Source: Nostoc punctiforme PCC 73102 (GTDB lineage: Bacteria > Cyanobacteriota > Cyanobacteriia > Cyanobacteriales > Nostocaceae). Taken from it: a stretch of DNA of 32,000 nt. This document shows positions 17,298-24,730 of the stretch, piece by piece; the first letter of the stretch is position 1, and every line of letters starts with the position of its first letter. Made by a program: the position numbers and the translations under genes. The notes beneath the pieces were generated by a model. It worked only from the letters and a program-made list of their open reading frames with translations, made no database searches and had not been told where the DNA came from. Location: contig NC_010628.1 of the NCBI RefSeq assembly GCF_000020025.1, forward strand, positions 3,960,001 through 3,992,000. Reading direction: 5' to 3'.

Positions 17298-18995
17298 ATG
17301 AATTTAGAAGAAGTAACAAAAACTATAGATAATGTAGTTTTCGCTAACACAGGTCGGCACTTGAGAGATGTCGAAGCTGTTGTGTTGAAAGGAGCTTGGC
17401 AAGCTAAAACTTACGAACAGATTGCCGAAACTTGTGAATATAGCCTGAATTACATCAAACAAGTAGCCGCCCCCAAGTTTTGGAAATTATTGTCAGAAGT
17501 CTTGGGAGAGAATATCAGTAAAACGAATTTTCGATTTATCATTGAGCGACAGTGGGGAGGACAGACAGAGAAAATATCATCTTCCCTTGAATTGCAGAAT
17601 TCTTTATCAGCAGGAAACATAAATAATATAGATGCAAGCCTACCCTTGGAAATCAGCAATGAGCTAAAAAGTCAAGATTGGGGTGAAGTACCAGAAATAA
17701 ATACTTTCTACGGGCGCACTCAAGAACTTGCCATGTTAAAGAAATGGCTCGTAAATGATAGCTGTCGGCTAGTAGCAGTTGTTGGGATGGGCGGAATTGG
17801 CAAAACAACCCTGTGCGTACACAGCATTCACCAAACACAGGATGAGTTTGAGTTTGTAATTTGGCGAGATTTAAGGAGCGCTCCATCAGTCAGCAAACTA
17901 TTGGCTGAACTGACACAATTTCTTTCTCCTCAGTCAAAAAATTATTTCACAGAAGAAGACATCGACGCTCAAATCTCTGATTTTATTGGTCTTTTACGCC
18001 AACACCGATGTCTAATCGTTTTAGATACAACGACGGTAATCCAGCAAAGTAGTCATTTTGCGGGGCATTATCGAGAAGGATATCAAACTTATGGCAAACT
18101 CTTAAAACGATTAGGACAAGAGTCTCATCGCAGCTGCTTAATGTGGATAGCTCGTGAGAAACCGCGAGAAATCGTTTTGATGGAAGGAGAAAATCGTCCG
18201 GTTCGCTCTTTATATCTCAAAGGGTTAAACTCGCAAGCAAAGGAAATCTTCCAAGAAAAGAACTTGTTAGATCCGAATAGTTGGGAAGACTTGATTCAAC
18301 TTTATCGAGGTAATCCCTTAGCTTTAAAAATTGTTGCTAGTACGATTCAAGAATTGTTCGGTGGGAAGGTTTCTGCTTTCCTGAAGCAGGAGACTATAGT
18401 TTTTGGGGAACTTAACGATATTTTAGACGAGCAATTTGAGTGCATATCGGCTCTAGAGCAAGAAATTCTCTACTGGCTGGCCATTGAATGCCAACCGATT
18501 TCCTTATCACAGTTGCGTGCAGATATTTTAGCGCCTGTGGCTCAATCAGAATTAATCGAGGGTTTAGAATCGCTTTTGAGGCGATCGCTAATTGAAAGAA
18601 CTGTGGCCCAAGAGGAAGTCATCTTCTCACTTCAGCAGCCTGTAGTTTCTCAATACGTCATCAACCAAATATGTGAGCGGATTTGTACAGAGATTCAGGA
18701 ATTTAGTAAAAACCATAAAATTGAAAAAATTGAGCTTTTGAAAACTCTAGTCTTAGTTAAAAAAACACAAGACAATGAAGCGATCCAAGATATGCAAACC
18801 CGCTTAATCTTAAAACCCATTAAGAACCAACTATGTAAAATCTTAAGAGATGAAAGTCTGATTTCAGAACAGTTAACCAAAATTCTCTCCTTATTACAAG
18901 GAAAAACTGCGCTAGTAGTCGGGTATGCTAAAAGCAATATTGAAAGTTTACTTTTAGAACTAAAATTGGATCTGGGCGATCTCAGTTACCGATAA
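17298..18995 (+). CDS. STAND NTPase (NB-ARC/AP-ATPase type) with N-terminal HTH-like domain and no C-terminal repeat sensor
   Basis: 565 aa. The N-terminal ~85 aa (VVLKGAWQAKTYEQIAETCEYSLNYIKQVAAPKFWKLLSEVLGENISKTNFRFIIER) is the helical domain common at the N-termini of cyanobacterial NB-ARC/WD40 proteins. Other motifs are the P-loop VVGMGGIGKTTL (17784-17810), Walker B CLIVLDT, a GNPLALKIV (GxPLA) motif, and a winged-helix-like ILYWLAIECQPISLSQL. Confidence 0.8.
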   Translation: MNLEEVTKTIDNVVFANTGRHLRDVEAVVLKGAWQAKTYEQIAETCEYSLNYIKQVAAPKFWKLLSEVLGENISKTNFRFIIERQWGGQTEKISSSLELQNSLSAGNINNIDASLPLEISNELKSQDWGEVPEINTFYGRTQELAMLKKWLVNDSCRLVAVVGMGGIGKTTLCVHSIHQTQDEFEFVIWRDLRSAPSVSKLLAELTQFLSPQSKNYFTEEDIDAQISDFIGLLRQHRCLIVLDTTTVIQQSSHFAGHYREGYQTYGKLLKRLGQESHRSCLMWIAREKPREIVLMEGENRPVRSLYLKGLNSQAKEIFQEKNLLDPNSWEDLIQLYRGNPLALKIVASTIQELFGGKVSAFLKQETIVFGELNDILDEQFECISALEQEILYWLAIECQPISLSQLRADILAPVAQSELIEGLESLLRRSLIERTVAQEEVIFSLQQPVVSQYVINQICERICTEIQEFSKNHKIEKIELLKTLVLVKKTQDNEAIQDMQTRLILKPIKNQLCKILRDESLISEQLTKILSLLQGKTALVVGYAKSNIESLLLELKLDLGDLSYR

Positions 18996-19032
18996 CAGTT
19001 AATCCCTTTTTTCCAACCTCAAACGTTCAAAC

Positions 19033-21234
19033 ATGAGCTACTGTATCAACCCCTGGTGCCTTCATCGCAAAAATTATGACGATCGAGAGTTTTGCCAGAA
19101 TTGTGGCTCTAGTTTGACGATCAACGAGCGCTATCAAGTAATTAAGCCCTTACGAGAATTAGATAAAAATCACCACACAGAAATTTTTGAAATCGATAAC
19201 TTAGGAACCATAAAGGTTTTAAAAGTTTTAACAAGCAATCGACGGCGCTTGATTGAACTGTTTGAGCAAGAAGCCAGAATTCCTAAGCATTTGAAGCATC
19301 TAGGAGTTCCGCAAGTCGATACTTATTTTTGTTTTTCTCCTAAAGACAGAACCGAACAATTGCATTGCTTGGTAATGGAGAAAATTCCCGGACAGAATCT
19401 CACTCATTGGTTGGAGGAAAATAAAGTACTATCTGAAGAACTGGCAATTAATTGGTTATTACAACTCGTCAAACTATTAGAAGGATTCCATCAAGAGCAA
19501 ATTTTGCATCGAGATATTAAGCCATCTAATATCATGCTTCGTCCCGACGGAAAACTGGTATTGATTGACCTTGGTGCAGCAAGACAGATGACTATGACTT
19601 ATGTCGAAAAACTACAAGGAGGTGACATTACCAGAGTTTATTCTATGGGATATACAGCACCAGAGCAAATGCAAGGTCAAGCTGTTTATCAATCAGATTT
19701 TTTCGCTCTAGGGCGGACTTTGGTAAATTTATTGACAGGTATACATCCTAATGAATTGCCGAAAGATCCTCAAACCGAACGGTTAATTTGGCGAAATCAA
19801 GCACCTCAGATTTCCACGGGGTTGGCAAATTTAATCGACGATTTGATGACACCATCGCCCCAAGAGCGACCTCTAGAACCACAGATAATTTTAGAGCAAC
19901 TTAGGGTAAGGCAAGAACAAGACCGCCAGATTAATGAGTTAAGTGGAGGGCAAAAAAAATTATTCTCAAGAGAGAGAATTTTTGCTGTAAGTAACTTTAG
20001 TAGCATTTGGGGGAATTTTTGTAAAGTAATTATTCTGAGTTTAGCAATCGCCTTTTTCGTCATCGGTATCAGATATGTGGGACTACTCCAACCCTTTGAG
20101 TTAAAAACTTTCGATCGCGTGATGGCAATCCGACCAATAGAAAAACCAGATCCGCGCCTTTTGCTGATCACTATCGATGAAGCTGACATTCAATATCAAA
20201 ATCAGATGCAAATGCCGATCCGATGGTCTTTATCCGATCTGGCACTCCTGCAACTTCTAGAAAAACTGGAGCCATATCAACCAAGAGCCATAGGCATAGA
20301 TATCTATCGTGATTCCCCAGTCAACCCCAAATATCCCAATTTAGCAAATCGCCTGCGCTCCGACAATCGCTTTTTTGCTCCCTGTAAAGTTCCTGCTCCT
20401 GAAGATGGTGTTGCAGATGCTATTCCTCAACCTCCAGAAGTGCCAAAATCACGCTTGGGCTTTAGCGATTTTGTTGCAGACGATGACGAAATTGCTCGTC
20501 GCCATCTCTTACATTTAACTCCTCCAGTTGCGTCTTCTTGTGCCGCAGAATACGCCTTGAGTCTCCAGATAGCGCTCCATTATTTAGATAGAGAAGGCAT
20601 TAAGCCAAATGTTACTTCAGATGAGCAATTACAAATTGGCAAAGTATTATTTAAGCAATTAACCGCTCATAGCGGTGGTTATCAACACATAGATGCATCA
20701 GGATATCAAATATTGCTTAATTACCGTTCTCTACGCTCTCCTGTAGATATTGCCCAGCAAGTCTCTCTCAGGGATATTTTAGAGGATCGGGTTACTCCTG
20801 AATTCATCAAATTAGTCAAAGATCGCATAGCGATCATTGGGGTCACTGCTGTCAGTGCTGCTGATGACTGGAAAACTCCCTACAGTGCTACAGCGCTTCC
20901 CGCTCGGAGAGAAATACCTGGAATGTTTGTCCAGGCTCAGGCCATCAGCCAGATTCTTAGTGCAGTTCTGGATGGGCGACCTTTAATTTGGTGGTGGCCT
21001 AGTTGGCTAGAAGCAATTTGGATTTGGGGATGGTCGTTGCTGGGTGGTATTCTTGCTTGGTATATTCGTCGCCCGTTGTATTTGGGACTGTCAGTTGCGA
21101 TCGCACTATCCTTTCTATTCGGTATTTGCTGTATTATATTTTTCAACGCTGGATGGATACCACTTCTTCCACCTGCATTAGCACTAGTAACTATCCAAGT
21201 AGTAGTTGTATCATTAGTTCGACCGACTCGCTGA
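19033..21234 (+). CDS. Ser/Thr protein kinase with N-terminal 4-Cys zinc ribbon, TM segment, CHASE2 domain and C-terminal TM helices
   Basis: The zinc ribbon is C4/C9/C21/C24 (CINPWC..CQNCGS). Kinase motifs are KVLKVL, HRDIKPSNIM, IDLGAAR and GYTAPEQ. A TM segment VIILSLAIAFFVIGIRYVGLL follows. The CHASE2-like region reads FDRVMAIRP..LLLITIDEADI..WSLSDLALLQLLEKLEPYQPRAIGIDIYRD. Three hydrophobic helices close the protein. Confidence 0.85.
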   Translation: MSYCINPWCLHRKNYDDREFCQNCGSSLTINERYQVIKPLRELDKNHHTEIFEIDNLGTIKVLKVLTSNRRRLIELFEQEARIPKHLKHLGVPQVDTYFCFSPKDRTEQLHCLVMEKIPGQNLTHWLEENKVLSEELAINWLLQLVKLLEGFHQEQILHRDIKPSNIMLRPDGKLVLIDLGAARQMTMTYVEKLQGGDITRVYSMGYTAPEQMQGQAVYQSDFFALGRTLVNLLTGIHPNELPKDPQTERLIWRNQAPQISTGLANLIDDLMTPSPQERPLEPQIILEQLRVRQEQDRQINELSGGQKKLFSRERIFAVSNFSSIWGNFCKVIILSLAIAFFVIGIRYVGLLQPFELKTFDRVMAIRPIEKPDPRLLLITIDEADIQYQNQMQMPIRWSLSDLALLQLLEKLEPYQPRAIGIDIYRDSPVNPKYPNLANRLRSDNRFFAPCKVPAPEDGVADAIPQPPEVPKSRLGFSDFVADDDEIARRHLLHLTPPVASSCAAEYALSLQIALHYLDREGIKPNVTSDEQLQIGKVLFKQLTAHSGGYQHIDASGYQILLNYRSLRSPVDIAQQVSLRDILEDRVTPEFIKLVKDRIAIIGVTAVSAADDWKTPYSATALPARREIPGMFVQAQAISQILSAVLDGRPLIWWWPSWLEAIWIWGWSLLGGILAWYIRRPLYLGLSVAIALSFLFGICCIIFFNAGWIPLLPPALALVTIQVVVVSLVRPTR

Positions 21235-21274
21235 TCCTGATTTAGTAAACGTCAAAAATTTTAGGTTTGAAATT

Positions 21275-22042
21275 ATGACTGAGAAGAGACTACTTCTTAA
21301 ATCGATCGGCCTGAGATATATTGTGCCTTTAGCGATCGCTAGTCTAACAATTTTTTCTTTACCAATACAGGCGCAAGTTATACAACCGAAATTACCTGAC
21401 AACGGAGCGCCTATCGGTCGCCGCAGAGGAGGAACTAGTCGCAATGATTGTCCAGCAGTCAACATTCCAGTTACCGCCTTAGTTCCTGGTAAAGAGGCTT
21501 CGGGTGATTCTCAAGATTCTGCATCTTTTTTAGCATCAACCATCTCCGAACATCCGACATTTTGGGTCTATACCCCAGAGCTACCAAATAATGCTCGTTC
21601 TGGAGAATTTATATTACAAAATGAAGTCGGAGAAGATATTTATCAAAAGTCTTTAACCCTACCTCAAACAGCATCATTTATTGCTATTAGTCTGCCATCC
21701 AGCCCTAAATATTCTCTACAAATAGGTAAAAAGTATCATTGGTATTTCAAAATATATTGTGGAAAACCAGAACCAGAAACGGGATATTTTTACGTTGATG
21801 CCTGGATAGAAAGAATTGCTCTGACAAACGATCTCGATCTCAAGTTAAAGATGCAAAAATCTCTGAAGTATATCACTTACTTTGAACAGAATATTTGGTA
21901 TAATGCACTGACCAATTTGGGCGAGCAAATTCGTAGTAATTCACAAAATAATAATTTTAAAACTGATTGGGTTAACTTTTTAAAATCTATTGACTTGCAA
22001 GATATTAGCCAAGAACCTGTAGTGATAATTGATAAGTTGTAA
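21275..22042 (+). CDS. DUF928-like secreted protein
   Basis: 255 aa. The signal peptide is LRYIVPLAIASLTIFSLPIQA|QV. It is followed by PDNGAPIGRRRGGTSRNDC, which I recognise as the N-terminal DUF928 pattern (P..G.P..R.GGG.R). Confidence 0.7.
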   Translation: MTEKRLLLKSIGLRYIVPLAIASLTIFSLPIQAQVIQPKLPDNGAPIGRRRGGTSRNDCPAVNIPVTALVPGKEASGDSQDSASFLASTISEHPTFWVYTPELPNNARSGEFILQNEVGEDIYQKSLTLPQTASFIAISLPSSPKYSLQIGKKYHWYFKIYCGKPEPETGYFYVDAWIERIALTNDLDLKLKMQKSLKYITYFEQNIWYNALTNLGEQIRSNSQNNNFKTDWVNFLKSIDLQDISQEPVVIIDKL

Positions 22043-22059
22043 ACTTTAGAATCTTATGG

Positions 22060-22088
22060 GGTGCGTTAAGGCTTTAGCCTAACGCACC
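22060..22088. terminator. GC-rich hairpin between the convergent operons (possible bidirectional terminator or dispersed repeat)
   Basis: GGTGCGTTAAGGC-TTTA-GCCTAACGCACC forms a 12-bp stem with one bulge. No clear U-tract follows on either strand. A partial second copy of the GGTGCGT motif lies at about 22102. Confidence 0.3.
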
Positions 22089-22137
22089 GAAAATCTTGGA
22101 TGGTGCGTCAGCCTACGGCATAACACAATCTGCAAAA

Positions 22138-22179
22138 CTGAATTCTGAATTCTGAATTCTGACTTCTGAATTCTGATTT
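22138..22179. repeat. Heptamer tandem repeat (CTGAATT x6, STRR-type)
   Basis: The units are ctgaatt ctgaatt ctgaatt ctgactt ctgaatt ctgattt, ending immediately next to the CHAT gene stop codon (22181). Confidence 0.85.
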
Positions 22180-22180
22180 A

Positions 22181-24730
22181 TTAAAGCCAGTTTCCTATCA
22201 AAACGAAACTTGCCCAAAAATAAGGACGTTTTTCTTTTTTCAATAGAGCTAATTGGGCTTGACGAAGTGCTTTAGCTCTAGTCAATCCTTTATTTAATTC
22301 TCCGTACAACTGATGCATGATTTCACTAGTGGAAAAATCATCTATTGACCACAGGCTTGCTACTGTACTCTCTGCTCCTGCCTTAACAGCAATTCCAGCT
22401 AATCCTAAAGATGCTTGCCGATCGCCCACAGCAGTTTCGCACGAACTTAGGACTAGTAATTCGATAGAATTAGAACCATTTGAGTTATTTTGCTTGAGGA
22501 GATCGACTAAATCTTCGATATTGAGCAGTTGATCCCAAGTGAGAATGAAGGTTTTTTCAAGGTTAGAACTAAATTGACTGTGAGTAGCCAGATGAACGAC
22601 AGAAAAATCAGTCGTTCGCAATTTATTTTGCAGGTTTGTTTTAGTAAACTTGCTATCCAGAAGTTCTTCACTTTTGGGTATATCAACCTGGATGCGGGCT
22701 AACTCTTTTTTAACATTAGTTAGTGGAGCGAATTCTCGACCTTCAATCGTGCGTTTCTGACTGACTCCAGCCGCTAAAACCTTAATTTTTGAACTGCTGC
22801 GTAAAGGTTTTGGTTCTAGAAGCTGCAAACCTGGTGCTAGAGCGATCGCATATTTTTCAATTAAATATTTCTCTTGTTGGGCATCGTATAAAACTGACAT
22901 AGGAATGTTACGCAGAGAACCATCTAACACAAACACCAAAGTTTCTATATTGCTGTTTAAATCTGCTTCTAAAGGACGGATCAACCAATCATATAGCTGC
23001 TGGGAGAGATGTTTGACTTTAGAAGTTTGGGTAACATCAGGTAGATATTGTTGTAACTTACCAATAGTACTTTCTACCTCCTCTTGAGATATGGTAGTTG
23101 CATAATAGTGAAGTTCCTCCTGCCGAGGCAGCTTCAGAATAATGGCTAATTGTTTCTCCAGAATAATTGGATAGATAACTGCTGCCGTGGAATCATTTTT
23201 ATCAACAATTCGATCGATTTCTACTCTCGGCTTTAAACAAGGTTCTCGAAGAAAATTTTCTAGTTCTGCTAATTGTAAAGATTCAATGGTAGTCCGAGCT
23301 TTTTGAAGATTATTGCTTTTGACATTAGAACTTCCCTGCGTTTGCAAGAGCGATTCGACTAGCTGCCGATAGACAGGTTCTACTTTTTCTCGAAAAGAAA
23401 ACTGCATCTGAGAATTCATTGCAATCATATCGAGACGCAGAGATTGTAAGCTCACAATAGCTGCATCATAAGCTGCGATGGCTGCGCCAACGTCTCCGAC
23501 GAACGCACCTTTGATGTCTCCTTGAGCTTTTAGGATATGTCCTAATTGCCATTGCCACTGATAGGCTATGTCAGTTGCTTGGATGGCTTGAGCCGAAAAA
23601 AGTGCTTTTTGGGTAAGGGTTAGAGCTTCTGACAACTGCTGGTTCTGTTCATAAAGCCAACCAAGATATCCAAGGGCATAAGATTTAGCCCGCTCATCGC
23701 CCAGGCTTTTTGCTTGTTGGAGAACTGCAATCAACTCTTTGGCAACATCTTTCAATTCAGGAGTATTAGTACCAGAGTATTGATTGAGACAAACTAGACT
23801 TTGAGCAAAATTAATTCGAGCGTAAATTGTTGTTTGAGTGGTAGGCAAGTCCTTGAGTTTGGATTCAATTTGTGGTATTAGACTCTGGGCTTGTATTAGC
23901 TGATTAATCTTCAGCAGGAGACTAAGGTGATTGAGTTGTGCTTGCATCCTAGTTTCCGCAGAAATGGATTTAGTTGCTGCTTGCTCATACAGTGAAGCCG
24001 CTTGCTGATACGACGCAATTTTTGCATCATCTTTGGCTTGCTCGCCACAATTTAAAGGACTTGAGTTTTGTTTATTGATTCTGCCCTGTTGAATCTGTAT
24101 GTTATCACCTAGAGTTCGTTGAGCATTACCCAGGCTTACCAAAATAGCACTCTCGGTGCTTGGCGATGGTAGTTGCCGAGCCAATTGCAAACTTAGGTTT
24201 AAAACTTTTATTGATAAATTTGGGCGATCGAGTTTTTGCAGGACATCCCCAAGACTGCGTAAGCCATTGGCTTTAATTAGAGAGTTTGGTTTTGCTTCTA
24301 GGACTTGGAACCAATCATTTTGCCCGCGATCTTTGTTGTTGTCTTGGATTAATCTGCGACAGTCAAGCTGAGTAATTTTAAAGGCTTGGAGGATCTGATT
24401 GCAAGCTTTCAGATCCAGTCCGTTGGCTTGCATGGCTCCAGCAACGTTAATTAAACTTTGAGTCTGGCCTTCTTCATTCCCCGACCGCTTGTAGGCATTG
24501 GCTGCCTCTTGCCAAATATTTGCCGCCGCATCAAATTGTCCAGCTTCGTAGAGATTTTTGCCTTCAATTGATAATTTTGCAGCCTCTGTTGCTGGTTCTT
24601 TGGCTGCTGCTTGAGGTAATAACATTGGAATGTTTACGAATAAAATTATGCCTACTAAGACAAGGGCAATCATTTTGATCGGCTTGACTAAGGTGCGGCG
24701 ATCGCGTTTTCTAGTTTTTCTAATTACCAT
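22181..24730 (-). CDS. TPR-repeat CHAT-domain protein (caspase-like protease) with N-terminal signal/anchor
   Basis: 849 aa. A basic n-region and hydrophobic segment (KRDRRTLVKPIKMIALVLVGIILFVNIPMLLPQAAA|KEP) are followed by a long TPR-like helical region. The C-terminal CHAT domain has an intact His/Cys dyad context: VVHLATHSQF (His codon 22580-22582) and LLVLSSCETAVG (Cys codon 22439-22441). Confidence 0.9.
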   Translation of the reverse strand: MVIRKTRKRDRRTLVKPIKMIALVLVGIILFVNIPMLLPQAAAKEPATEAAKLSIEGKNLYEAGQFDAAANIWQEAANAYKRSGNEEGQTQSLINVAGAMQANGLDLKACNQILQAFKITQLDCRRLIQDNNKDRGQNDWFQVLEAKPNSLIKANGLRSLGDVLQKLDRPNLSIKVLNLSLQLARQLPSPSTESAILVSLGNAQRTLGDNIQIQQGRINKQNSSPLNCGEQAKDDAKIASYQQAASLYEQAATKSISAETRMQAQLNHLSLLLKINQLIQAQSLIPQIESKLKDLPTTQTTIYARINFAQSLVCLNQYSGTNTPELKDVAKELIAVLQQAKSLGDERAKSYALGYLGWLYEQNQQLSEALTLTQKALFSAQAIQATDIAYQWQWQLGHILKAQGDIKGAFVGDVGAAIAAYDAAIVSLQSLRLDMIAMNSQMQFSFREKVEPVYRQLVESLLQTQGSSNVKSNNLQKARTTIESLQLAELENFLREPCLKPRVEIDRIVDKNDSTAAVIYPIILEKQLAIILKLPRQEELHYYATTISQEEVESTIGKLQQYLPDVTQTSKVKHLSQQLYDWLIRPLEADLNSNIETLVFVLDGSLRNIPMSVLYDAQQEKYLIEKYAIALAPGLQLLEPKPLRSSSKIKVLAAGVSQKRTIEGREFAPLTNVKKELARIQVDIPKSEELLDSKFTKTNLQNKLRTTDFSVVHLATHSQFSSNLEKTFILTWDQLLNIEDLVDLLKQNNSNGSNSIELLVLSSCETAVGDRQASLGLAGIAVKAGAESTVASLWSIDDFSTSEIMHQLYGELNKGLTRAKALRQAQLALLKKEKRPYFWASFVLIGNWL

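Noticed and set aside
17450-21465. Minus- or plus-strand ORFs nested in the STAND, kinase and DUF928 genes (17450-17659, 17653-17886, 18695-18937, 19806-20189, 20937-21146, 21003-21245, 21214-21465)
   Set aside because: All overlap long motif-supported genes in other frames, and none has recognisable features.
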